Shown in pieces: positions 27,378 to 41,162 of a DNA stretch of 64,000 nt (position 1 is the stretch's first letter; the number at the start of each line of letters is the position of its first letter). The notes beneath the pieces are model-generated. The model was not told where the DNA came from. It made no database searches and worked only from the letters and a program-made list of their open reading frames with translations. Both the position numbers and the translations under genes were made by a program. Origin of the DNA: Chrysomallon squamiferum (Eukaryota > Animalia > Mollusca); assembly GCA_012295275.1 (NCBI GenBank), contig CM022677.1, positions 15,252,001-15,316,000 of the forward strand. Direction: 5' to 3'.

Positions 27378-27545
27378 TTAATCATATAAAAAAAAATATT
27401 GTCGGCGGTCATTGATTGTTGGTGGCTTCAGTGCCTGAACATCTTTCTGTGAAACCCAGGACACGTCGTCAAGTTCAGGAAAGCTGTAATAGTTGCCTCT
27501 CTTCTTCAAAAACTGAACTTTCACTTCATATTTGACAGTCTGAAG
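27378..27545 (-). pseudogene. Possible transposon-associated C-terminal (Tudor-like) domain relic
   Basis: EVKVQFLKKRGNYYSFPELDDVSWVSQKDVQALKPPTINDRRQYFF* resembles the V.FL.K....F.FP..DD.SW......L.PP....R..Y.F tail I associate with invertebrate DNA-transposon ORFs (from memory, not searched). Confidence 0.4.
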
Positions 27546-28317
27546 AACCTTTAAAGAGATCAATCAGTTGTTATATTTTGGAATATCTTGAATTGGACCA
27601 TACACACAAATTTCAGCTATTTATCAGAAACCATTTTTTTTTTTTCAAATTCTCTATTCAGACATAGAATAGGGCAAGCTTCGAAAAAGCGATACACCAG
27701 CGCTTAACAATCTTCTTTTAGATGATGTTCATTTCACAGAGACACGTGATCACGTGCAAATCTGCCCGGAGCAGTCACACAAAAATTAGCTAAAAATGCT
27801 AAATTGTAATGTATCGTCTTATAACTTTAACTAAAAACATGTTTGAATGTAAATCGTGGAAATAAAAGCTGTGTAGAAGTAAACAAACAAAGAAACGAAA
27901 ATGAGGTACAAAGTTCGTGCTCATGTTGGACAACAATGGTAACGAACAACAATGATTTTTAACTAATAAACTGTATAAAAAACGTGATTGCAAAAAAAAT
28001 AATTACATAAACAATTACTGGCTCTTTCTTTGTCCGTCGCAGATAATTTTCTTTCTTTTTTATGCAAACATTTTATTTTGATCTTGGTTTTGTGCTACAC
28101 GCCAGTTAAGTTAACCCATTGTTCATGTCCTCGTTTCCAGCGAATTTAACCAGAAAAACAATCATTAAAAATAAAATATTAAAAGAAACTAATTGCCAAA
28201 CACTGTAATTTAACCATATATATACTTTGATCTTCAAAATGGCGTCTTTTTGTAAGATTACGGAGTTGAATGCAAACACCCTTGCATTTTCCTTACTTGG
28301 CCAAATAGCGTGTCACT

Positions 28318-28352
<35 letters not shown>

Positions 28353-28354
28353 AT

Positions 28355-28772
28355 GTGTGTGTGTGTGTGTGTGTCCATGTATATCTGTCTGTGTAAAAAT
28401 GTAAAATTATTTAAATTTATTTTGTGCAAAAATATAAGAAAGTGTAAGAAAAATGACTTTTGTAAACTGCGAATGTGAAAAAGGACTCAATAAATTTATT
28501 GAAATGTACGCAAACTAATAAAAACATGTTCCTTATATCAATTCAGGTCTTTTGTTTTATGATTTACAGTCAGCGATCAAGTGGGTTAAGAGAATTTACA
28601 TTATCCTCACTTGAAGAAATCACAGTTGTTTTCACACGAGTGTTTACAATAATCATGTTCTATGAAAAGGATATATTTTCAGAGATAGGTTTGATGCTGA
28701 AGTGTGAACTTGTGTACCCAACACAGCACTGATTTTCTGAGACTATCGAGTTCAAGACTAATAAAGTGTATA
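28355..28772 (+). repeat. ~420 bp dispersed duplication, copy 2
   Basis: Matches 4915-5335. Confidence 0.9.
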
Positions 28773-29595
28773 AACAACATTCGAAAATTTTTTCACTGGA
28801 ATATTTTGATTACTGTTACGGAAATGTGTTCAAAGTTTTTGGTAGAGATGTTTATTGTATTCATAACAGTTCATTCAAATGTATCTTAAAACTGCATTAA
28901 TAATGAAAAAACGAAACAGAAAAAATTATATTTATTTTAAAAAATAACAGTAATAGTAATAAAATAAAAAATAATAATAATAAAACAATAACAATAATTA
29001 ATAAAAGAATAATATAAAACCAACAACAACAACAATAATAATAATAATCCTAGGAAAAATATACTGATGGCATAAAAAAAACCCCCCCACAAACGGAAGA
29101 GGAAGATGAAAAAAAAAAAACATGTATAAGTGAAACAAAAACATGAGGACAAAAAGAAAAAGTATATAAAAAAAAAAAAAAAAAACATTCTGGCTTTTGC
29201 CTGAGACACTACATACACTGACACATTTCCTCACAGTCAGTCATTAATCATTCTGCAACAGTAACTCAAAACAAATATTTTAACAGTGAGTGCTATCATC
29301 CAAATATTGAACTAACAGGCTTTGAGATCAAATCCCGGATTAGCCATTAGAGGTTAGAATACACCAAACCCATTAGCTAAAATACCACCTCATCTTAAAA
29401 TTAAAATATCCCATAAAACAGTACAATTTGATTATTAGCCATTAGGTTAGAATACACCAAAAAAAAAAAAATAAAATCAAATAAAAATCAATTTGATTAA
29501 TAAAGAAAAAAATTAATGAATTACGGGCACAGATATACTACAAATTAATTCTGTTGACTTACATTAGATCATCACTGCCACTTCCAAAGTGGCAT

Positions 29596-31403
29596 TTACA
29601 TGTCTTGAGGTGGAGGGTTGTCAAGATTCTCATCATCATCTTCTAAGGTGAGTGAGATATCAGGAACTGATGGTGACGGTGGCAACATACCTGGGTGAGC
29701 AGCTGTTGAAGGCAGTGGATGTGCATATGATGAGGTGATCTCGGTGAGCAAATTGATGTCTTCTCTGTTACACGCTTTGTAACCAGTTTTTTTAAATATA
29801 TCTGGCAAGCTGACCTGTTTCTTTTATTTTGGTCTTTCTTTGATTAGTTTATCGTCCAGCATGTAAATATTCATTAATTCTTGCTCAGTTATAAAACTGC
29901 GCTGCTCTAAACCTTTTAGCAGTTCACCTGTCAGCTGAATTAACCGATCAGTAGAAACTCTTTCTGCTGCATCATCCTGATTTCCATCACTGTTTTCTCC
30001 TTCACTGGCTTGTTGCTCTGGACTTACAACCATTCGTACAATTTCTGAGTCCGTATAATGATGAACAACAGATGCACCGTCATCAACAGTCATCCTTTCT
30101 TCAGTGTTATCTTCATCCAGTTTAGAATCAAGATCCTTCGCAGCAGGATTGGTCAGATCACGAGCAAAAGACAACAGATCACTTGTATGCTGTTTGTCCT
30201 TTGAAGACCTAATTTCTATAAAGATTTTCATCAGGTGCTGTCTCATATGTTAACCCTGGCCACAATTTGTGCCATCCATGTTTCAGTGTAGCAGGTTCTA
30301 CATATTTGCAAGCATTAGCAACACAGTAAACCACATCTCTCATTATATTCACGAATAAACTCACGTACAGGCTTCCCAGAGTTAACTTCACTCAGCAGGC
30401 GCCTCATAAAATGAGTGCAATACTTCGACTTTAATGAATGTAATATTCCACTGTCCAGGGGTTGAATCAAGGAAGTGCAGTTAGGTGGAAGATAGATACC
30501 GAAAACATTGTTCTTTACCAGGAGTTCTGCTTTTGGCTGAGCGGAGTAGTTATCTAAAATAAGCAAACCAACAGAGTCAGAATGAGCTCTTGCTTCGGGG
30601 ACAAAACAGTTCTGAAACCAATCCAATAACAGTTCAGTTGTTATCCAACCTTTTTCGTTGGCACGGTAATTTACAGGAATCTGTGTCATGCCTTTGAAAG
30701 CTCGAGGACGTAAACTTTCACCGATGACCAGTAACTTACACCTGTGTGTTCCTGCAGCATTGGAGCAGCCCAGCACACTAACACGGTATTTCGATGCTTT
30801 ATAACCTGTCGGCGAGTCTGTATCCTCCGCTTTCAGTGTTCTTTTGGGTGTACATTTCCAAAAGAGTCTCATCTGCGTTATAAACCTGGTCAATTTTCAT
30901 CACTGACCAACTTGGTGAACTCGTCAACAAATTTTGTAGCTGCTTCATTGTCAGCTGGTCGTTTTCGCCACACACTGCACGAAACTTTGTCATGTCGTTC
31001 CTTAAAACGTTGCAACCATCCTTCACTGTAATCGCACTGATGTTCCAGTCCGAGTTCTTCATGAAATAGTTTTGCTTGTTGCTTCACAAGATCACCTGAC
31101 AGTTCGACTTCTTGACTTTCACGCAACTTAAACCACCTCGTCATTACTTGATCTAGTTCTGCATTATTACCAGGTTTCATTGTTTTCCTTTTAAACATCT
31201 GTTTTTTCGACTCACTGTCAACAAAAAATTTAAGTAACTTTTCTTTCTCTTTCTTTATGTCATAAACTGTCGAAGACCCAACACTGTATAATTCACATAA
31301 ACTTCTCACAGACACGCCATTGTGAAGTCTTTTCTGCTATCGACAACGTTCGGTGTTTGCGCTTAACACCACAAGAAGCACTTCTATTATTCATTGAAGC
31401 CAT
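29596..31403 (-). pseudogene. Jerky/TIGD-like (CENP-B HTH + DDE_1) transposase, multiply frameshifted
   Basis: ATG at 31403: MASMNNRSASCGVKRKHRTLSIAEK; YSVGSSTVYDIKK; WF...SGDLVKQQAKLFH...YSEGWLQRFKERH; QVYNADET(L)FWK; RVSVLGCSNAAGTHRCKLLVIG; LLILDN; LPPNCTSLIQPLDSGI; TLKHGWHKLWP. Spread over at least five ORF fragments. Confidence 0.92.
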
Positions 31404-31724
31404 GATTGGGGCTAAAAATGACCTTCTTACAATAATAAATGTTAAAAATCAAACCGGAAAAGCTTGCCTGTGTTTACAGCTGGTACCAGTTTGTTGATGA
31501 TAAAACAGCGCCTCCAGTCGTAGCGGCCAGTCAACTTAAAGAAAACATAACTCAGCTTCTCTAACCCGAACAGAGCGCACACACTGCACGAGGACAATAT
31601 CATACAGCACAAGAATCGATCACAGAATCGATAGTGCTGGATGAGTCATCGCCTAGCATCCTCCTTCGCCTTAGTCAGTTTTAGTGCCGGATTACTGATT
31701 GCCGGACTAGTGATGGTCAACCTG
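29596..31724 (-). mobile_element. Tigger/pogo DNA transposon (defective)
   Basis: 5' end reads TA|CAGGTTGACCATCACTAGTCCGG on the minus strand from 31724, a Tigger-type TIR, upstream of a Jerky/TIGD-like transposase. The other TIR is not clear; a weak candidate is CAGGCTTTGAGATC at 29316. Confidence 0.88.
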
Positions 31725-33412
31725 TATCATAATCGAAGAGATATTTCGGAGAATTTAATGCTGGCTATGACAGAGGTGTCTGCGTCCTATGTCGTCTGGA
31801 AGATCATCAGACTGGGTATCTGACAATGTTACAGTAGATGTTACATGTGGTAGCTCAGTAGTTACTATATCTTTTGAATCCAATAGCTGTGGACATTTTT
31901 CTGAGATGCAATTAGTCACATCTTCTGACTGAAATATTTAAACAGTATTAAAATAACAATTTATATTACAAACAGATTTCTTAATATAAGAGATAATATG
32001 CAGGACTCGAAATGTCCAGTCACCAGGTCACCAAATGCGACCAAAGTTCGGTTTAGGCGACTGGCATGTTAGAAATATTATGGTTAGTCGCCCCAAAAAA
32101 TATTATTTGGGTGATCTGTTTTTTTCTAAAAGTGTATAACACAAGATAATAATTTTATAATAATTTTATCGAAATATTTATTTCACACAAAACAAGTACC
32201 CATAGTTCCATAAGTTGGACGTATCGGCTTACATAATTTGCTAACATCTATTTATAAACAGTACTTTAAAGGATTATCAGTTGGTTAACGGAACAAGTTA
32301 TCATAGCAGATAACATTGTTAGTAATTGTTTGCTATTGTTTTTCTTTTCAATTACAACTTTAATTGGCTAAAGTGAAGCCAACGAACAAATTTAGCGAAC
32401 TTTTAGAGCGTTACGTTAATAATTATCGGTTGGTTAACGGAACAAGTTATCATGAAAGATAACTCTATAACCTTGTATTTGCTATTGTTTTTTGTTTTCC
32501 CACGCTAAACTTTACTCAGTCATTTCACGTTGCTTTCATTTAATTTGTATTTCTTTTGAAAAATCAAAGAGTATAATACTATAAATTCTTCTTCTTCTTC
32601 TTATTATTATTATATAATTCCATTTTTGTCAAGGTTTGTTTTAATTATTATTATGTGTTTTCTGCATCATTATAAAAAGAATTTTAAAATTAATATTAGA
32701 TAAAACTTCCGGCATGAAAGAGTAACATAGACATAAATGTTCTTGTTGTCATAGAGATGAAACTTTTATTAATTAATTAATTTATTTATTTTAATAACCT
32801 TTTTTTTCTTTCTTTTCATCTTTTTATTTTCTTTATTTCTTTCTTTATTTTTTTAATAATTTCCTGAATTGTTCTTTTATTTTTAAATATTTCACTTTTA
32901 AATATTTGGCTTGTTTTTCAATTTTATCTTATTTGCTTCTATTCACTGACTACTTTTTTATATCTAGTCACTACTTTGTTCATTTACTACACAATTAAAT
33001 CTGCTACAGCAGTCACTGCATCTGAAATTTTTCAAATATAGTACAACCTCTGTAAAACAGACACTCTTCTTTGGTGACTGCATTATGCAGGGTTTTTTCT
33101 ATTTTTATCCAGTGTATTAAAAAAATCTATGAAAACATCAACAAACCACCAAAAACGTTTAATAATAATGTTTATATGTCAGTTAATAGTTTGTACTTAC
33201 ATTTTTATTCCTGTCCATTATTTCGCTTTAACTTAACTAAATCATCATATTGTACTAAACAGCTCTTTGCTGATCTTCACAATAAACCATGTGACTTTGA
33301 ACCCACTGCATGGTATTTTCCATTCGAATGTATGCAAGAATTGCTTGTTCAGAAGCTTATAAAAAACACACTGAAGTATTTATTAATTATTATTATTATT
33401 ATTATTATTATG

Positions 33413-33451
<39 letters not shown>

Positions 33452-33720
33452 GTTATTATTATTATTATCACAAACAACACATTGTTATGGTTTGTGATCA
33501 GAAAACTTGACTAGTTCAAATGTTTATTTATATAAATATAAAACTGATATTCTAATAAGCACTGACAATATCAAGGAAGATGGTCTCTGGATTAGTGGTT
33601 AGCCCATACTGATAAAACAGAATATACTGATTAGTAGAAAATGGATCAGTGATAATCACACATGGATTATTGGTTTCAGAAGGTGATTGACAGCTGGTTG
33701 GTTGCAGGAACACTGTCCTC

Positions 33721-33780
<60 letters not shown>

Positions 33781-34540
33781 AAATTTCTTTCTTTCTTTCT
33801 TTCTTTCATATTGTAAGACAATGAAATTTTTTTTAGAGGCAGAATGAAAAGCAATGGGAAATTAACAATGTAAAAATGATTATTCATTTCCAGTGCATAT
33901 GTAAACATTCTCATATTTATTTAAAACTAACATCTAGTGTTTATCATTGCTACATAATAACAAAATTTAATTTATAGTTCTACATTTTCACCAGCCATGT
34001 TATTTTATATAACTTTTTTATTTATTTATTTCTGTTGTTTTTTATGATGGATTTTTTTCTGTCAGTCACTATACCTTAATATTTATCTTTTTTTATTTAC
34101 ATAATTATTAATAATTTATTTATATAAGTAATTAATTTAATGATAATATTTGTTTTGGTTTTGTTTTAAGCATGAAGTAAAAAAGAAATAAATATAAAAT
34201 GATTTTAAGCATCTTCATCAGTAAAAAACAAACAAATGAATCCATTCTGTCATGTGACTTGAATAAATTTGGATCATTCCATTTCTGTTTGCAGGGAGAT
34301 GAGATTCTGTGACTGCCCAGACATAGATGAGATTCTGTGACTGCCCAGACATACATATGACAAACTGATTTGATTTGCAGTCTGAATGTGGCTGCTGATG
34401 GACCTAAGGTGGTTGTTGCTGCTGATGAAAGTTTACAACTTCTACTTGAACCTGGAGACGAACCTGCAGACAATTCATGATAATGATAATTGTATTAATT
34501 AATGTGATTTAGATTAGTTTTTTGGTAAGGTATGTACGCA

Positions 34541-34641
<101 letters not shown>

Positions 34642-34846
34642 GGTTATTCAGAAAGAAGGTAAGGTCTCACATAAAGAAAATCAGATTTGTACTTACACTC
34701 AAATTTTAGAATTTTATATTTTATTGAAACAAAACCATGTTAAATCTGTAAGAAATGATGTCATGGAGTAAAAAATTTGGGGTAAATGTAGAGAAAAAAA
34801 TAAAATAAAAGTCTAATATAAAAAAATGGGGTGTATGTAGAGATAA

Positions 34847-34887
<41 letters not shown>

Positions 34888-34994
34888 ATCTACATATGTT
34901 GTTTTTTCTTTCATTATACATTTTATTTCATTACATTGGAATGTGGGTTTTTCTAACTTAATTTTATTTGTTTCTGCTTTTTGAGTTGTGAGAA

Positions 34995-35043
<49 letters not shown>

Positions 35044-36123
35044 GGGCTTCCATATTTATTTTATTTATTGTGTGTTTTGTATGTTAAAAGTGCGATCTAC
35101 TGTACCAGAGAAATTTATTTCTGTAAAATACTTTAAATTTGAACACAAAGATCTGTTGTTTTCTTTTATTATTATTATTATTTTAATTTCTTTGCAAATA
35201 TCTTCATCATTATAATAATTTATTTTCTGAGTGTCTTGTTTTAATAAAAATATTAATTAACAATAATTAATAATATGTCAAATATAATAAGAAAAAAAAT
35301 CACATTTATGAGTGAAATAAAAATAGATTGTAAAATAACAAATAAGTAATAGTTAAATCTAATATGTTTGGTTTGTTTCATGCTATATGCAGACTGCATA
35401 GATTAAATATTTTTTAAAATTAAATTGTCTTTTCCTTTCTGGTTTTGTTGTTGTTTTCTTTTTTTTTCTCCAGCCTAAAATTTAATTTTAGCGAAGTTAA
35501 TATTATAGAATGAAACTGGATTCACAATATTTTGAATTTAATTTTTTCATCTTTTTTATGTATATATATATTTCATTTTATTTATTTTATCATTATTTTA
35601 ATTTATTTTCCTTTACATATCCAAAAGTGATATACATCATCATCATAGGTTATTCCCCCTATCCTGATTTCCCCACCACTACTTTTTCTCACCATATTTT
35701 CATTCATAAAGCATTTTCACTGCATTTAATTGATTAAAACTGAACTTTTTTCTCTCCATTTTCATATGAATTCACTCTGATTCCAGTTATTGTTTTGCAT
35801 TGCATTTATATATATATATATACATTTCACTTAATTTCATTTAATTTTCGTTATTATTTACAATAACAGTTTTGAAATTTATGTCACATATTTTATAATA
35901 AATGTAACAAAATAAAAAAAATAAAAAAATAAATAATAATAATAATTGCTTGTGTCAAATATAATTCATATGGCGTTTTCTATAAGCCTGTAACATTATG
36001 CATAATTCTGTTTCTTTTCTGTTTGTGATTTTTGTTTCACGATGTCTTTGTATTTGTTTTTTTACACTTGAATATTGGCTGTGATACTGATAAGCCTTAC
36101 CTTTTTCCTGTGAACAGGCAGAT

Positions 36124-36323
36124 NNNNNNNNNNNNNNNNNNNNNNNNNNNNNNNNNNNNNNNNNNNNNNNNNNNNNNNNNNNNNNNNNNNNNNNNNNNNN
36201 NNNNNNNNNNNNNNNNNNNNNNNNNNNNNNNNNNNNNNNNNNNNNNNNNNNNNNNNNNNNNNNNNNNNNNNNNNNNNNNNNNNNNNNNNNNNNNNNNNNN
36301 NNNNNNNNNNNNNNNNNNNNNNN
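36124..36323. other. Assembly gap (200 N)
   Basis: Round-number N run typical of a scaffolding join; true distance and adjacency across it are unknown. Confidence 0.99.
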
Positions 36324-38270
36324 TTAATTAATTATTACTTTTTTTATGATTCTAATAATATATTATTCATTTACACTGAGAGGAATCGTATAAACTGACT
36401 TACATAAATTTGGTTATTGCTTTAATTCAAGACGAATTTAGTGTATTTTTTAAATAAGTAAGAAAGTGATTAAGTATGTATATAAAAACAAAAATAAATA
36501 AAACAAGAGGAACTATATTTAATAATTAATTATTCTGGTATCGGACGCATTCACTAGCGAGGTGGAGAAACTTCTAATACTCTGGGAATGCCGTGTAGGA
36601 GAATACCATCTGAATATTGCCGAATGCATGGAACATCCAAAGTTCAATCTGTTTAAAGAATTTGGTTTGTTTTGGCGAAGCAACGAAGAAAACATTATTT
36701 ATTTATAAATGCAATATTGTTTATTTATTTATTTATTATTTTATTTCTTGCTTTATTTCTTTAGTTAATTAACATTTTTTTTATTTTTTTTTATCTTAAC
36801 GTCACATACATTCTGAACCACTTTTCAGTTTAAACTGAATAAAAAGCCATTACTAAACATATTTTTTCATTATTTGTATGTGTGTGTGGATATACATACA
36901 TATACACATATAAACATATGCCTGCATGCATACCCACATGCATCAAACAAATACACACATACACACACAAACACACAAACAAACACTCATACAAACATAC
37001 ATTGGCTCATGGTATATTTGTGATCCATATGTTACAGAAAAAAAGTATTCATTTATTTTTATATGTTTAAAAATGTATTTATTTATAGTTGTTTTTTGTT
37101 TTCTTTTTCTTTTTTCCTTTTTTTTTTCTTCTTATTTACAATACACATACAGTGTTTAACAAAAATATTTTTTATTTGTAAATATTTTGAAAAAATAATG
37201 TTCATAATATGGCTTTAAAAAAAACCCCCAAAACCATACATTTCTAATCTCTTGTAAATAAAATAAAATTGTTGTTGTTTTTCCTATCTTTTGTGTTTAA
37301 CATATCACAGTTTAGGTGTGGTTAGAACAGGAAATTATGTGAGAGAAAAATGAAAAGGATTGATACAGCTGTGCTCACTATTATCATAATTATTATCTGC
37401 AGGCTACTTACTATTATTGTAATTATCATCTACAGGCTATTTACTATTATTGTAATTATCATCTACTAACTCTCATTTTATTATAATTATCTGTTCACAC
37501 ACACTTGATAAATAACTGGTTTCTACATTCTGGTTTGTAAAAATCTGGTATTTTGCAGATTATATACTTTAAAACATTTTTTTAGAAAAATATAAAAATA
37601 ATTAAGAAATAATGTAATTAAATAAATAAATAAAAATGTCTTCATTGTGGGCCAATGATAAGTGTCTATCTATGTTTCAATGTGTGCATGAGTGTGCATA
37701 TATTTGTGTAAGTCTGTATGCATGTATCTGTGTGCTTATTATGTGTGCATGAATAGGTATGTATATGTGTCTGTGTGTGTGTTTGTATTGTATGTTTAAG
37801 AATGTATGTATGTTTGTATGTCTGTATGTGTAGATATATGTGTCTGTATTAATGTATGTATGAATAAGTATGGATTATTTGTACTTATATCTAAGTATGT
37901 GTGTATGAATATTTGTGTTTGTATTACGGTGTGTGTGTGTGTAATCTGAAAATAAACACAGTATCTACTGTGTGCTTTATCTAGGTTTTTTTAACCTGCT
38001 GAAATTAAATAGCAATAGAAATTGAATAAAATACATATTTCTATTTAATTATTTAATTTTGTTTTAATTTATATAATTAGTTACTAATTTAATCAAACAC
38101 TCACATTAAAATAGAATAATAAACATATTCCATAAACATACATAATTAAAAAAAACATGCACCATAAAAACTCACTCTTACACATCATATAAAGATAATT
38201 ATGTAGAAACAAAATGACACACAGTGCTATAAAGAGATAAGAGGTATATAAAAATATCACTTATTTGTAG

Positions 38271-38545
38271 GTAAAAAGATGATGGAGGTAGAGCATGTGC
38301 CGGTGATAGAAAACACCAGTAACACAGTCACAGAAAACAGCAGTAACACAGTCAGTGAAAACACCAGTAACACAGTCAGTGAAAACAGCAGTAACACAGT
38401 CAGTGAAAACAGCAGTAACACAGTCACTGAAAACACAGTTCAGTCAGAAACTAGCTTAAAGAGAACAGCAGCACAAAGTGGTGATGAAACAACTACAGCA
38501 ACAACAGCAGATGTGAAGAAAACAGAATCAAGCACATTTCTGAAA
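38271..38545 (+). other. Exon-like segment with a 24-bp tandem repeat encoding (EN[T/S]SNTV[T/S]) x5
   Basis: Acceptor ttatttgtag at 38270; open frame KKMMEVEHVPVI(ENTSNTVT/ENSSNTVS)...QSETSLKRTAAQSGDETTTATTADVKKTESSTFLK. It runs into (AAT)n with no clear donor. Confidence 0.4.
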
Positions 38546-40477
38546 ATAAAACAAATAATAATAACAACAACAACAACAATAATAATAATAATAATCATTA
38601 TCATAATAATAATAATTATTATTATTATTATTATTATGATAATATTAATAACACTAATATAATAATAACAATAAATAAAAACAATAATAAAGAAATAAAG
38701 TTCTCTATTACTTGTTTACTGATGTATTGCTTAATCTTTGATTTACTATTTTTGTAAAAACAATATTGTTATCGTGATGTTATGTTTTAATTTCATCATG
38801 TTGTTTTTAATACATAGAAAAGGTGAAAAATAAAGAATAATTAAGGTCACAGCTATTTTCATATAAAATATATTTTGGTACTTTATTAAATTAGAATTTA
38901 AACTGTTTTCACTAAAACAGTAATATCCAGTTCAAGATGTTGTATTTTGGTTTTGTCATCATTCTCAAAGAAATTTTAAAATAACATGTCTGATCAAAGG
39001 ATATCGCTACTTTCATATAAAATTTATTTGCATACTGAAATAAGTTATGAAATAAACAACATTTTTAAGAAAGCTAATTTATTTCTGTACAGCTAATATT
39101 TTGTTAACTGTTTATATATTTTAATACAAATATGAGATTCAATACATTACAAATAAACTCATTAGTTGATGATAGTTTGTCTTTAACTTATAGCATCTGT
39201 GCTCTCTTAATCCAGCCATGTAAACCAAATAATACAAATTTTTATAATACATATTGTTTTTAGTTACCATGGCAATATATATATATATTTCATTTACAGG
39301 TTGCCATGGCTATTTTTTATGTATTTTAAATAAAACTCTGTTTTCAGGGAATGTGGGTAGACTGGAGGCTGTACAGTGAAATGTGTATCAGACTTACCCA
39401 TTTTTATTTAACTTTTTATTTATTTATTTTATTATTTTTAAAGATTTGAAATATGTACCCAAGTAATCAGTGTAATAAAGTAAAAATATTCAAAACATAT
39501 TTTTTTTTATATGACATAATACCTGTCTTTGTACATTCTTTATATTAAGATTTGTTGGGTTTTTTTTGTTTTTTGTTTTTTTTGCTGTTATTAAAAAGAA
39601 ATATCTCAACATTGTATTAAATATTATAAAAATAAAATAAAAATTTATTTCCCTTTTTATTGTTGTTGTTATTTTATATATTTTTAGAATTATATCAAAT
39701 ATTATTTATATTTTTTATTGTTGTTTTTTTATTAGAAAGAAATGTATCAACTAATTTATTATTATTACATTAAGAGAGTTTTATTTCTCCTTTCATTGAT
39801 GTTATCACGCGATGGTTTGAGGATCGCATTAAATAATAATTAGAATAGCTTTATTTATCTTTTTATTGTTGTTGTATATATTTTTAGAATTATCTTAAAT
39901 ATTATTAAAATATTTTTATTTTTTATTGTTGTTGTTTTTGTAGTTATTACTGTATCAGATTTTAGAATTATATTAAATATTAAAATAGTTTTATTTATTT
40001 ATTTATTTACTTTTTGGGGTCATTACGTGATCTGATTTTAGAATTATATATACACATACACACACATATACTATCTATGTATCTATCTTATTCCTGTATT
40101 CAATATTCTGATCCATCAGTAACCATCCATGTATGATCAATGCATCTCACTAGTTACCTACACATCAGTGTCTGTATAACTACCTTACATATCTATTTTT
40201 CTGTATGTCTTTCCATCTATAAACACACTTAAATATATGTCTAGAACTGAAAATATAGAATAAAACATTCTTACACATGCATATATGTTACAATCAATAT
40301 GTGAAACTAGTCATTTAGCCTAACACCCAAAACCATCAGAAATTAGGCCTAATGAGTAAAATGTCGAGGAATTAGGCCAAATGACTGGATTTTCCATGGC
40401 ATTGTTTGACATCTGCCTGATAGTAATTCAGACAATCAGTCAAGCAGGTTTAATGCTTTGCAACATCATTAGTGGTT

Positions 40478-40831
40478 CAGTTCAATTCTTTATTATTCTA
40501 AGCTTTACAGCTTATTGATATACATTGTCAATAATAATAAGAAAAAAAAAAGGTAAAAAAAGAAAACAATTACAAATAGTGACAGAGTGATAAAAAGAGA
40601 AAAATCCTTTGGAGAATGTTAACAGAAGACAAATTATGTCTAACCAAAATTTTCCCAAATTTCAATCTCATCTTCAGTTTTGCCACTGTTATACATAATA
40701 GACATATTCTTTCTGCTCTCTCAAGATTTCTATATCTCCCAGTCTTATTTGCAGTCTTCTTCAGAGCACAATGATTTTAATACCAACATTCAAATGGGTT
40801 CAATGCTTTCTTACATCTGTTCATTGTATTG
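40478..40831 (-). mobile_element. 5'-truncated non-LTR retrotransposon (LINE) 3' end
   Basis: Minus strand, with frameshifts: RLQI(E)TGRYRNLERAERICLLC(N)SGKTEDE, a LINE ORF2 C-terminal zinc-knuckle motif. Tail AATAAAGAATTGAACTGAA. Flanked by the direct repeat ATTAGTGGTT (40468-40477 and 40832-40841). Confidence 0.65.
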
Positions 40832-40852
40832 ATTAGTGGTTGAGTTATTTTT

Positions 40853-41100
40853 ACATCAAATACCAGTTATATGGTAGGGATTAGAGGTACTGTTATTGTT
40901 ACGTCAAATACCAGATAAATGTTAGGGATTAGAGGTACTGTTATTGTTATGTCAAAGACCAGTTATATGGTAGGGATTAGACTGACCAGTTGCCACCGAA
41001 CACCAATCTTGACCAGCTGCCACCCAAAACCAAGCTTGACCAGTTACCACCCAAAACCAAGCTTGACCAGTTACCACCCAACTCGGACCTGACCAGCTGC
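40853..41100. repeat. Adjacent ~49-bp (x2.5) and 27-bp (x4-5) tandem repeats
   Basis: TCAAATACCAGTTATATGGTAGGGATTAGAGGTACTGTTATTGTTA(C/T)G units, followed by GACCAG(T/C)T(A/G)CCACCCAAAACCAAGCTT units. Confidence 0.85.
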
Positions 41101-41162
41101 TGCCCAATGCCAGGAGCCAGTTTGATGTGTGTCCCCAGAGACTGCTATTGTCTCATGATGTC

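Noticed and set aside
28475-28732. 85-aa ORF in the duplicated 420-bp segment
   Set aside because: The paralogue at 4915-5335 has stops and an indel in the same frame, and there is no recognisable motif.
32001-33070. hAT-like end CAGGACTCGAAAT (32001) and pogo-like end TAGTACAACCTCTGTAAAAC (~33039)
   Set aside because: No partner TIR, TSD or coding remnant found for either.
36032-36331. ORF spanning the N run
   Set aside because: Artefact of the assembly gap.
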